Source: a virus
Lineage: Duplodnaviria; Caudoviricetes
Virus record (IMG/VR): IMGVR_UViG_3300020718_000012
Coordinates: 3,710 to 67,709 of that record
Length of the DNA stretch: 64,000 nucleotides
Direction: 5' to 3' (one strand)
The first letter of the stretch is position 1. Each line of letters starts with the position of its first letter. The notes beneath the pieces are model-generated. The model was not told the origin of the DNA. It ran no database searches and saw nothing but the letters and a program-made list of their open reading frames with translations. Of the stretch, positions 16,415 to 26,700 are shown piece by piece. Made by a program: the position numbers and the translations under genes.

Positions 16415-19400
16415 TAGTTAATTAATTTAGCTTTTAATTCATTAATTTCTTTTTCTAATCTAGCTATTTTAGCTGTATGTACTTCTCTGTATGATAAACT
16501 TAACATACCATCTGCATTTATTGAAATTGCATTATCTAAAATTCCTTCTACATCTTGTGCAAAATAACCTAATTCTCTTTTTCCATTTTTGATGTATAAT
16601 TTGGCAACTATATTTTCAATATTTTTAGCTTGGAAATTATCTTCTATAATTATTTTTATTCTTTTATCTGAAGATTCAAAATAAGATGCTGCTGTTACAG
16701 CTCCTGTAGATGAAGCAATTTCCAATAAATTTGCATTACTTGTTCCATCATATACTAAAAATCCAGGACTAGGTTGAGAAAAACTAGAGTTTGTTGAAAA
16801 TAATGCTATAGCATGTCCACCTGAGCCTGCATTATTCAATACTATTGCATTATCCCATACACCACTACCATTTACTTGAATTGCTGCACTATTAAGATTA
16901 CCTGAATATCCAGAATTAACTTGTAATCCTCCAGTTGCTGTCATTGAACCATTTACTTGAAATCTAGCTCCATTATCTGTTGTAGTTCCTATTAATACAT
17001 TACCTCCGCTTGGGTTTATAGATAATGGCAAAGATGTACCTACACCGTCACTTGATTGAATCCAACCTGCATAAGAACCTGAAGCCAATCCACCTATTGT
17101 TATGTTTGCATAACCACCACTTTGATAAAATCTTCCATAAGCATTACCTCCTGTTAAATTTGGAGAAGCCGCAGTTCCTAATACATCTAATTTATTACTT
17201 GGACTTGTTGTTCCTATACCTATATTGCCTGGTGCAGTAATAGTCATTCTTTCACGTCTTGCAGCAGCATTATAAGTATAGAAACTTAATGCACCCGCTA
17301 CTCCTGGTGTAGCATCATAAGATGCTCCAATTCCTGGTGCTTGATTATAGTAAGTTGCATTATCAAAATTTGAGTCACCAATATATAATTGTGCTCCATT
17401 TGTGCCTGTTCCACTTCCAACATACATTCCAATATTTCCATTAGCTTGTAAAACACTTCTTGGACTTGTTGTTCCTATACCTACATTACCTGTACTTAAT
17501 ATTGTAAATAAAGGTGTTCCACTATATATATGTTGGAAAGCTTTACTATTATCTGTATAAGTATACAATGCACCTGCTAATGCTCCGTTTGCAGTTGATG
17601 AACTAGTATTTTTAATTAAATAACCATTAGAAGTACCTGCATCAGTTAAATTTATATATGAATATAAACCAGCTGTTGAACTTATTGTATTATGATTATT
17701 TGTGCCTTGAGAAAATGTATTTCCATATACTTGGAAATTATCACCACTATCCACTGATGTATTTCCTACTATTACATTTCCTCCACTGGTAACTTTTAAA
17801 TTTGCACTAGAAGAACCACCTGCTTTTAAATGAATTGCTCCTGTATCATTATATATTACTATATTACCTACAGTTGCATTATAAAAATAACCATCATTTG
17901 CCGACAACCAAGCTGGAGGAGTAAAACTAGCTGCTACTTTCCCCATATTGAAATAACCATTACTTGAAACTAAGTCTATATATGATTGAGAATTAGCTCC
18001 ATCTGTTGTATTTACAATTTGAAATTGATTAGCAACAGTTGCTGAGTTATTAGTAATTACTGTTGAATATACTGAAGATGTAGTAGATGTTGATATTTTA
18101 CTATTACCAATTGCTGAACCACTTGTCCAAATTGGTATATATCCTGTTGTACCTGTACCTGTAACTGGATTAGTTAATGTAGAAACGCTACCATCAGCCA
18201 TTAAATATTGAGAAGATGTTCCACCTGATTTAATTAAACTATTAGCTGTAAATGCACCTGTACCACTTAATGTGGCAACAGAAGTATTTCCACCATACCA
18301 ATTATATCCAGATGTTGAAGCATCAACAGTAAAAAACATTGTGGCACTATTAATACCTATAGTATAACCTACTAATGTAGAAGAAACATTATCATATAAT
18401 ACCAATTTAACCCCTGCACTATATGAATTAAGTGTTGGAGCTGCTACTCCACCAGGAGAAATCCATTTAATTAAATTAGATGTTGAATTAGTTAAATAAA
18501 TAGAAGTACCTCCTGATGCAATTTGTAATTTACCACCATTATCTGTTGTACCACCAATTATAACATTAGAACCTGATAAAGTAGATAAAGCTAATGGAAT
18601 CGCAACTGATGGAGAAATTGATGCATACTTTGTTGTTGCTCCAATTTGATTTATTTTAAATTGCAAATCTGCATCTGTACCATTTGATAAATTAAGCAAC
18701 TGTGATATACCACTCCCACTTGTAGTGTCCCATGCTTCTATTTTAAAACTAGGACTTGTAACATTAATACCCAATCTACCAGATGCATCTAATATTGCTT
18801 TTTGCGTAGTTCCACCTGTAGCAAATCTAATAACACCTGATGCATTATTTGCTACTATAGCTAACCCTGCAGTTGTTTGATTATAAAAACCTCCCTGATT
18901 TGCTATTATTACACCAAGTCCTGAATAATTTAATCCTGTATGGTAAATCTGTGTTTGATATGTTCCATTGCTTGCAAAGAATTGTGCTGCTGCTGCTGCT
19001 CCTGCATTATCATTTGTAACTTTAATAGCAATATCTCCATTAAAAGATTTATATGCTTCAACCAATTGAGATGGAGATGTTGTATTTATTCCAACATTTG
19101 TTCCATTATCATATATTAAACTATTACCTATTGTAGTACCAGTTCCAGTAAACTTAGCTACATAGTTTGCTGTTCCACTAAATTGAGCATTGGTTCCACT
19201 AGTACCTGATGTACCACTAGTACCAGACGTACCTGTGGTTCCACTTGTACCATTAACACCAGATGTACCAGAACTTCCTGATACACCACTACTACCAGAA
19301 CTACCACTTGTACCTGTCGTTCCTGAAGAGCCTGAGCTTCCTGATGAACCGCTTGTTCCTGTGGTTCCACTAGTTCCTGAGCTACCACTTGTTCCACTTG

Positions 19401-21933
19401 AACCAGATGTACCTGTTGTACCTGATGTTCCTCCTGTACCATTGGTTCCACTTGTTCCAGAAGTTCCTGTCGTACCTGAAGTACCACTAAATCCTGAAGT
19501 ACCAGAAGAACCACTTGTACCAGTTGTGCCACTAGTACCATTAGAACCATTTATACCACTTGAACCACTTGTACCACTAGTACCACTTACTCCACTAGAA
19601 CCTGAAGTTCCATTTATACCAGATGTACCAGATGAACCACTTGTACCATTTATTCCTGAAGTACCTGATGATCCTGAAGTTCCATTAACTCCACTTGTAC
19701 CACTTGTTCCTGTGGTTCCACTTGAACCAGATGTGCCACTAGTACCACCTGTTCCATTAGTACCAGATGTACCACTAGAGCCTGAAGTTCCTGTGGTTCC
19801 AGAAGTTCCTGTAGTACCACTAGTACCACTTAAACCAGATGTACCACTAGATCCGCTTGTTCCTGTAGTTCCACTTGAACCTGAACTACCTGTTGTTCCA
19901 CTTGTACCACTTGTTCCACCAGTTCCATTTGTACCTGATGTGCCACTAGTTCCTGAAGAACCACTAGTTCCTGTTGTGCCTGATGTACCTGAAGTTCCAC
20001 TTACTCCACTAGAACCACTTACACCACTTGTTCCGCTTGTACCTGTAGAACCTGAAGTTCCACTTGTTCCACCAACACCAGAAGTACCAGAAGTACCACT
20101 CGTTCCTGAAGGAGCATTTAAAGAAGTTGTTATATATGAATAATTAGCTGTTCCTTCTGTATAGAATGTAAATGTGCTACTGCCTGCACCGCTGTTATCT
20201 GCTAATAAAACAGCATATAATCTGTCTGTTGCATTTAATGCCACCGATGGTATAAAACCATCAAAATAATAAGAAACTACACCTACACTAGTTGATAAAA
20301 CTGTTGTACCTGATGTAGCAATTAATGTTGAAACACCACCTGCACTATATTTATATAATTTAGAATATATTAAAACACGACCACTTAAACCAACAGTAAC
20401 ATTACCAATATTTAATGACCAAGACCAAATACCAGCAGGTAATTGTGTTATGTTTGGAACATTACTATCTGTAGCAAATGTGTCCCATATATACCCACTT
20501 ATCCCACCACCAACTGTTACTGCTAAAGTTTGTTCAGCAGCCCCTGAAGTTAAGGTTGACATTTCCTTATAAGTAGGAGAACCAAAGTTTGTATTGGTTA
20601 ATACAGATTGATTTAAATAATATATTTGCCCTGCGCTGATGCCGCTAACCCCTGAAGATCCAGATGTTCCTGCTGTCCCACTTGTACCAGACGTTCCAGT
20701 CGTACCTGAACTTCCACTTGAGCCTGAGCTGCCGCTTGTTCCAGTTGAACCAGATGTGCCTGAACTTCCACTAGTCCCAGATGAACCTGAAGTGCCACTT
20801 GTACCTCCTGTACCATTCGTACCAGATGTACCAGAGCTTCCAGAACTTCCAGTAGTTCCACTTGTACCTGTTGTGCCAGAAGTTCCAGAACTACCACTTG
20901 TACCAGAACTACCACTAGTTCCTGTTGTTCCTGATGAACCTGAAGTTCCAGTTGAACCACTAGTACCTGAAGTCCCTCCTGTACCATTAGTACCTGAAGT
21001 TCCACTTGTTGCACTAGTTCCTGAAGTTCCACTTGTTCCTCCAGAACCATTTGTTCCAGAAGTTCCAGATGTGCCTCCTGATCCATTAGTCCCTGAAGTA
21101 CCAGAAGTTCCTGAAGTTCCACCTGAACCATTTGTACCACTAGTTCCACTTGTTCCATTAGAACCATTTATTCCACTAGTACCAGAGCTACCACTTGTTC
21201 CAGTAGTTCCTGATGTACCTGTTGTTCCACTTGTCCCACTTGAACCTGAAGTACCGCTTGAACCTGAAGTACCTGTAGTACCAGAGGTTCCACCTGTACC
21301 ATCAGTTCCCGATGTTCCACTTGTTCCTGTTGTACCGCTTGTGCCACTGCTTCCGCTAGTTCCGCTAGAACCGCTAGTTCCAGTAGTACCGCTTGTACCA
21401 CTTGTTGCAGAAGTACCTGAAGTTCCAGATGTACCACCTGTACCATCTGTACCACTTGTTGCAGAAGTTCCACTTGTTCCTGATGTTGCAGATGAACCAG
21501 AGCTTCCTGAAGTTCCAGAAGTACCTGTCGTTCCGCTAGTACCTGTAGTACCAGAAGTTCCTGAAGTGCTACTTGAACCAGAGCTACCTGATGTACCTGC
21601 TGAACCACTTGTTCCACTGCTTCCTGTTGATCCACTCGTACCAGACGTTCCAGTTGTTCCTGAAGTACCTGATGTGCTAGAGCTACCACTACTACCAGAA
21701 GTACCAGCAGAACCTGAAGTTCCACTAGTTCCAGTAGTACCTGAAGTTCCACCACTACCATCAGTACCACTTGTTCCTGTTGTTCCACTAGTGCCGCTAG
21801 TACCAGAAGTACCAGAACTACCTGATGTTCCTATAGTTCCTGAAGTATCAGCTGCGACAATACCATCTACTGCAACAAGAATACCATTCTCGTTTCTAAT
21901 CTTTAAATCACCTGAAATTAAATTCTGTATCAA
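16414..21933 (-). CDS. Long tail fibre with Gly-X-Y (GTS/GSS/GTT) repeats, GNVGIGTTSP repeats and C-terminal peptidase S74 intramolecular chaperone
   Basis: Two Gly-X-Y blocks; several GNVGIGTTSP-type repeats; SSDKRIK...GYFAQDV...LEKEINELKAK; TTG start. Confidence 0.85.
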   Translation of the reverse strand: MIQNLISGDLKIRNENGILVAVDGIVAADTSGTIGTSGSSGTSGTSGTSGTTGTSGTDGSGGTSGTTGTSGTSGSAGTSGSSGSSSTSGTSGTTGTSGTSGSTGSSGTSGSAGTSGSSGSSSTSGTSGTTGTSGTTGTSGTSGSSGSSATSGTSGTSATSGTDGTGGTSGTSGTSATSGTSGTTGTSGSSGTSGSSGTSGTTGTSGTSGTDGTGGTSGTTGTSGSSGTSGSSGTSGTTGTSGTTGTSGSSGTSGINGSNGTSGTSGTNGSGGTSGTSGTSGTNGSGGTSGTSGTNGSGGTSGTSGTSATSGTSGTNGTGGTSGTSGSTGTSGSSGTTGTSGSSGTSGSSGTSGTTGTSGTTGSSGSSGTSGTNGTGGTSGTSGSSGTSGSSGTSGSTGTSGSSGSSGSSGTTGTSGTSGTAGTSGSSGVSGISAGQIYYLNQSVLTNTNFGSPTYKEMSTLTSGAAEQTLAVTVGGGISGYIWDTFATDSNVPNITQLPAGIWSWSLNIGNVTVGLSGRVLIYSKLYKYSAGGVSTLIATSGTTVLSTSVGVVSYYFDGFIPSVALNATDRLYAVLLADNSGAGSSTFTFYTEGTANYSYITTSLNAPSGTSGTSGTSGVGGTSGTSGSTGTSGTSGVSGSSGVSGTSGTSGTTGTSGSSGTSGTSGTNGTGGTSGTSGTTGSSGSSGTTGTSGSSGTSGLSGTSGTTGTSGTTGTSGSSGTSGTNGTGGTSGTSGSSGTTGTSGTSGVNGTSGSSGTSGINGTSGSSGTSGINGTSGSSGVSGTSGTSGSSGINGSNGTSGTTGTSGSSGTSGFSGTSGTTGTSGTSGTNGTGGTSGTTGTSGSSGTSGSSGTSGTTGTSGSSGSSGSSGTTGTSGSSGSSGVSGSSGTSGVNGTSGTTGTSGTSGTSGTSGTNAQFSGTANYVAKFTGTGTTIGNSLIYDNGTNVGINTTSPSQLVEAYKSFNGDIAIKVTNDNAGAAAAAQFFASNGTYQTQIYHTGLNYSGLGVIIANQGGFYNQTTAGLAIVANNASGVIRFATGGTTQKAILDASGRLGINVTSPSFKIEAWDTTSGSGISQLLNLSNGTDADLQFKINQIGATTKYASISPSVAIPLALSTLSGSNVIIGGTTDNGGKLQIASGGTSIYLTNSTSNLIKWISPGGVAAPTLNSYSAGVKLVLYDNVSSTLVGYTIGINSATMFFTVDASTSGYNWYGGNTSVATLSGTGAFTANSLIKSGGTSSQYLMADGSVSTLTNPVTGTGTTGYIPIWTSGSAIGNSKISTSTTSSVYSTVITNNSATVANQFQIVNTTDGANSQSYIDLVSSNGYFNMGKVAASFTPPAWLSANDGYFYNATVGNIVIYNDTGAIHLKAGGSSSANLKVTSGGNVIVGNTSVDSGDNFQVYGNTFSQGTNNHNTISSTAGLYSYINLTDAGTSNGYLIKNTSSSTANGALAGALYTYTDNSKAFQHIYSGTPLFTILSTGNVGIGTTSPRSVLQANGNIGMYVGSGTGTNGAQLYIGDSNFDNATYYNQAPGIGASYDATPGVAGALSFYTYNAAARRERMTITAPGNIGIGTTSPSNKLDVLGTAASPNLTGGNAYGRFYQSGGYANITIGGLASGSYAGWIQSSDGVGTSLPLSINPSGGNVLIGTTTDNGARFQVNGSMTATGGLQVNSGYSGNLNSAAIQVNGSGVWDNAIVLNNAGSGGHAIALFSTNSSFSQPSPGFLVYDGTSNANLLEIASSTGAVTAASYFESSDKRIKIIIEDNFQAKNIENIVAKLYIKNGKRELGYFAQDVEGILDNAISINADGMLSLSYREVHTAKIARLEKEINELKAKLIN
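19192..20109 (-). repeat. Gly-X-Y coding repeat block 2 (~306 aa)
   Basis: 9-nt period degenerate repeat encoding GTS/GSS/GTT/GTN triplets. Confidence 0.95.
20641..21846 (-). repeat. Gly-X-Y coding repeat block 1 (~402 aa)
   Basis: Same triplet repeat; includes a duplicated GSAGTSGSSGSSSTS segment. Confidence 0.95.
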
Positions 21934-21935
21934 TT

Positions 21936-22466
21936 TTAAACGTATTTAAAAGTTGTAGATTTTGGAGAATAATTTATTCTATAATATAATCTTTTTCTTG
22001 ATATCCCAAGCGCATCAGCTGCCTCTTGTGCTCCAATATAGTATATTCCAGTTGCTTCGTCTAAAATTATTTTATCATGAGCTTTTTTACCATTTGCAGC
22101 ACCACATTTTTTGCCATTTAAACTAAAGGCTTTTCTCATTTTATCAGACACAACTCTTAATCCACTATCAGAACAATGTTTTTGATTTTCCGATGCTGTC
22201 ATCCATTCTAAATTGCAAACTAAATTATTTAATTTATTGCCATCCATATGATTAACTTGAGGTTTATTTTCAGGATTAGATATATAAGCTTCTGCTACTA
22301 ATCTATGAACTGAAAAATATTTATAATCACCTTCTCCATCAAATAATTGGATTTGATTATAACCAGCATTTGTTACTTTTAACTTAAGAAACTTCATGGT
22401 ATAAAGGCTAAAAACCTTTCCATCAAGTGTAATTAAATAATTTTCAAATCCTTTTATCTGTTTCAT
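21936..22466 (-). CDS. NUMOD4-HNH homing endonuclease
   Basis: IKGFENYLITLDGKVFS; VHRLVAEAY...VNHMDGNKLNN...NLEW...EN. Confidence 0.88.
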   Translation of the reverse strand: MKQIKGFENYLITLDGKVFSLYTMKFLKLKVTNAGYNQIQLFDGEGDYKYFSVHRLVAEAYISNPENKPQVNHMDGNKLNNLVCNLEWMTASENQKHCSDSGLRVVSDKMRKAFSLNGKKCGAANGKKAHDKIILDEATGIYYIGAQEAADALGISRKRLYYRINYSPKSTTFKYV

Positions 22467-22471
22467 ATAAT

Positions 22472-23002
22472 TTATTGTTGTACAACCACACGCACAAACT
22501 CATTATCATAAAATGCCACATCACTTGCAACAGTTAAACTACCATTGGTTGAGTTCCAAAGAACTTGATTACCTGTTGGAGTTCCTGATGTTAATATGGT
22601 ACCAATGTTATTACCTTGTCTAAAGGCATTGATTAATCTTTTTCCTATTGCTGCAGGGAAGTAAACTATAGTTGCTCCCACTGTTGCATTAGTCGCATAT
22701 TCTTTTACGCTAAAATCTCCACCACCGCCAGGAATAACACCACCACCACCTTGACCAGTACCTAAAATTTGTTCTGCAAGTTGAAGCTGTGCTCCACATA
22801 ATGCATAAACATAATTAGTTAATCCTGGTATTCCACTTAAATTTTGTGCTACTCCATATTGTAAAGCTTTTCTTCCTAAGTAAAGTTGTTGTGCTTTTCT
22901 TGGATCAATTGTACCATTGGTAAATTGCTGTTGCTTTGGTATTGCTGCGTTCCAAAGGTATTGTGAAATCTCTGCTAGAGATATAACGTTATTTGGATCC
23001 AT
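22472..23002 (-). CDS. Putative tail structural protein
   Basis: Within the tail cluster; Gly-rich linker and beta-rich C-terminus. Confidence 0.55.
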   Translation of the reverse strand: MDPNNVISLAEISQYLWNAAIPKQQQFTNGTIDPRKAQQLYLGRKALQYGVAQNLSGIPGLTNYVYALCGAQLQLAEQILGTGQGGGGVIPGGGGDFSVKEYATNATVGATIVYFPAAIGKRLINAFRQGNNIGTILTSGTPTGNQVLWNSTNGSLTVASDVAFYDNEFVRVVVQQ

Positions 23003-23003
23003 A

Positions 23004-23522
23004 TTAGAAGAAGTATTGTGAATTAGTTGAAATATATGTTGCTCTGTTCAATGCAGCCTGGGCATTAAAGATGTCGCTAGCAAATGTTATAGCTTGTTGT
23101 GCCGAATCAATTTGAAGCTGTAGATTAGACATATTTTGGAACCAGTTAGTGCTTGCTGCTAAATTAGCATTACCAACTAAGTTCTGATTCAATCCGTAAA
23201 AGAATGTTTCATTATATGCTATAAATGCAAATGATTGTGTAAGTGATGTTACCACTGCATTAGATACATTCAACCATTGAACTGTAATACTCAATGCTGT
23301 ATCTTGTGATAATACATCTAACACAATAGATGAATCAGCTATGTTCCAAACTATATAATTAGTATTTGTACCAGCTGGCACCAAAAATGTACCATTAGCT
23401 TGTAAAAGATAAATTCTACGAGAAGTGATTGTTACATCAGATCCAGTAGAAGTATCTGTTAGTGTAATATTTTGAGGTGTACCACTAAATTGGCTTGCCG
23501 TAAAATTTGGGGTAAGAGGCAT
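23004..23522 (-). CDS. Putative tail structural protein (Ig/PKD-like N-terminus)
   Basis: PNFTASQ...ITLTDTSTG pattern. Confidence 0.55.
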   Translation of the reverse strand: MPLTPNFTASQFSGTPQNITLTDTSTGSDVTITSRRIYLLQANGTFLVPAGTNTNYIVWNIADSSIVLDVLSQDTALSITVQWLNVSNAVVTSLTQSFAFIAYNETFFYGLNQNLVGNANLAASTNWFQNMSNLQLQIDSAQQAITFASDIFNAQAALNRATYISTNSQYFF

Positions 23523-23538
23523 ATTACTAAATTTTACC

Positions 23539-23546
23539 CAAATATA
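23539..23546 (-). promoter_or_regulatory. -7 box upstream of tail-fibre operon
   Basis: TATATTTG on minus strand. Confidence 0.6.
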
Positions 23547-23563
23547 AGAAATTTATAGGTATA

Positions 23564-23728
23564 TTAATCCATTTTCTTTTTCTTCATGGAGCTTAATTTT
23601 CCTACTTTTTTAGGCAATTTCATTCCCTTGCTAGCTTTGTTCCATTCCGAAACATCAACTCCTTGTTTTTCAAGTTCTGCTTTGTGAATATTGAAGTAAG
23701 CTTCTTGAGCACGACTTTTGTATGGCAT
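23564..23728 (-). CDS. Small basic phage protein (not in ORF track)
   Basis: 54 aa MPYKSRAQEAYFNIHKAELEKQG...KLPKKV; fills the gap after the giant gene. Confidence 0.7.
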   Translation of the reverse strand: MPYKSRAQEAYFNIHKAELEKQGVDVSEWNKASKGMKLPKKVGKLSSMKKKKMD

Positions 23729-23739
23729 TTTATTAAATT

Positions 23740-26700
23740 TTATTGGTTTTCTTCATCTTCATTTGTACCACCTATACCTCTTTCTTGTCTATCTTGTCTT
23801 TGAGCTTCTTTACCTTCATTTGATTCATCTTTTTCTTTTTTACCAAATAAAGATTCTTTTGCTTGTTCAGCTGCATAAGTTTTTAATCTATTAATTTCTT
23901 TATTAAATTCTTCTTTATGTTCTTTTTGATATTTAGCATATGGTACCCTTTCACCAAATTCAACAGTTATACCATTTTTCTTAACTTCATCTACATATTT
24001 ATCAAAAAGCTTATTTCTTAATACTTTATATTGATTATATTCCTCATCAGTTATAAGTTTGCCACCTTTTTTATAATTTATAATATTATCAGATGGTCCT
24101 TCATTTTCTGCTTTATCAAATATATTTTTTAATTTAAGTCCTGTTAAAAAAGATGTTGTACCACTTAGTAATCCTTTCATTATATCATTCCATTGGGCAT
24201 CTGAAACTCCACTATCTTGAGCTGATTTTTTGGTTTCTTTAATACCTTCTGCAATTGGTAATGGTGCAAAATGATTAGCAATATACTCCCCCCAACCTAA
24301 TTTTCTTTTACCTGGAGCTGGGACATCACTAGAATAAGGAACTACATTACCGCTATAATCTCTTCTAAAAGCAAGATCTATAGCTAATGAAGCAATTGGT
24401 GAAAGCTTACCTCTTATATATTTACCAACAGCACCAGTTAAAGCTTCAGTTCTATTTTGATTTTTAGGTAAATATCTTTCATTTTCAAAACTAATTTTAG
24501 CAATTGTAGCTAATAAACCTATTGTTGTTAATAATCCACCACTTAAATCAACTGTTACATCATGACTACCAAATTTAGGAAGCAACCAGTCAGGTCTAGT
24601 TGGATGAGTCCAGTTAACTTCTTTATCAGGATTTACCATATGTTGTATAGCTGAATTAGCACCTAATAATAATAAATAAGTACCTAATTGTCTACCAGCC
24701 CTGCCAGCCCATGCTTTTGAATAAGCTTTTTGACTAGGAGTTGCATCTTTAATAAATCCTTGCATAGATGGTATTAGAGTTGCTAATCCTTTATTAACTT
24801 TAGATAAACCAGATTTACTTATATAAGTTGCTGCTTTAAAAGGAGCTAATATTTTTTCCCATCTAGAACCTTCCATACTAGATGAAAATGTTGCTCCCTT
24901 GACAAGTGAACCAATATCCCCACTCATATCTATATTGGTACCACCAGTCCAGTTATTAATTAATCCTGCAATTCTTTCTAATGCTTTTTCATCTTTTTTT
25001 TCAGATTCACTTAATTTATTATATTCATAATTAAATATTTCCTGTCTTAATACTTTTACAGCATTAAATCCTCTTTCGCCAGCTTTACCAAATTTTCCTA
25101 AATATTTTTGGAATGCTTGCTCCGAATCAAAATTAATATTATCTGGATCATTTTGTAATCCAGCTTTTTTAGCTTTTTCAAATAATGGATCATTTCTTAA
25201 AGCATCCATATGACTTTCATAGTATGTTGGATTTTTTTCATATGAAAATCTATAAGAATTTTCTACTGCTTTTAATGTTTTTATGAAATGTCTTGGATCT
25301 AATATATTTGTTATTGCATGTGTTCCTATAAATACATGTGAGTGACCAAATGTTTGTGCTGCTTTTGGTACACCTACAATTGTTTTAACTGCTTTGTCAA
25401 ATTTACTTTCATTTCTGTTATCTATATATCTTTGTAATGCTTGTCTGTTTTTGTTTAATTCAGATCTTTTTGTATACATTTCACCTGAAGCAGCTTTTGT
25501 TTTAGGAGTAATGATAGCATTAGATACTTGATCATTTTTTAAACCTAAATCTTCTGCTGTTTTTGCAATAGACTCAGGGAAACTAAATCCTTTATTATAA
25601 TATGTATTCTTTGCATAATTCCATATTGTTTTAGATTCTTCTGGAGTAAATTTATTATCTTTTTTATCTACAAATTGTTTTTGTAATTTACCTAATTCTT
25701 CTTCATCTTTTTGCTTTTGCTCTACTTCAGTTAATGGTTTTTCCATTTTAGATTTAACCAAACCAAGCTTTTCTTTTTCATCTTGGATTTGATCCATTAA
25801 CTCTTTTTCTCTTTCAGATAATTCTCTTTTAGGTCCTTGCTGTTTTACTTTACCTTGCTTTAAATCTTCTAATTCTTTTTCAAGACGCTTAATGTTTTTA
25901 GCTTCAGGAGTTTCTTTTATAGCAGATTCGTAATGTGCTGTTAAATCTTTTTCTAATTTATCTTTATCTCTATCTGATAAATTTTTATACCAATCATTAT
26001 CTTTAATAGCATCAATAATTGCAACAACTCCATCAGCAATTTCTCCTGTTTTTTCAATTGCTTTAGCTCCAGCTTCTACTACATCATTCCAAGCAATACC
26101 CTGTTTTTGTATAGGTATTTCATTTCCATTTTCATCTTTAAAAGTAAATGGAGTTGTTTTTATTTTTCTAAATCTATCAGCAACTTTTTTAGCTTTTTCA
26201 GTATAAGTTTGACTTTTTTGAACTTCTTTTTTAGTTACCTTAGGATTATGTTCATTTTCTAATTGTTCTATAAATTTAGCTTCAGCATCTGTAGCTTCCT
26301 GTTGAAGCTTTTGATCTTTAGTAGTAAATTTTTCTACTTGTTGTTTTTCTGCTTCTGTTGCATCTTTACCTTTTGCTTTCTCTAATCTTCTAACTTGTGC
26401 TGTAAATGAACCTGTATCCAAGTCTGTACCACCTTGTAATGATGTAAAAGCATGTGCAGCTAATGTATTTAATTTACCTGTTCTATCAAGATATTTATTT
26501 AGTTCAGCAAGTTTATCTTTATAAATGACACTATTTCTACCTTCAGGTTCAGATTTAGCAATTTTTTCAAGTTGTTTTTGTAATTCAGCTGCATGCGCCT
26601 CCCCAATAGATATTCTATCATGAAGTTCAAAATCAGCTCTATTATCAATATCTTCAGGAGTTGCTCCTCCTTTTAATAATATTTGTCCTCTTCTTTTATA

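Noticed and set aside
19192-21846. Repeat region as CRISPR array or DGR
   Set aside because: 9-nt coding periodicity with synonymous variation, no unique spacers, no reverse transcriptase.
19158-21949. Long ORFs 19190-20143 and 20639-21949 (+, VPLVPE repeats) and 19158, 20613, 21168 (-, VLQV repeats)
   Set aside because: Shadow frames of the GTS-repeat fibre; the repeat lacks stops in these frames.
21936-22466. Group I intron carrying the HNH gene
   Set aside because: Only 5 and 2 nt flank the ORF; no space for a catalytic core.
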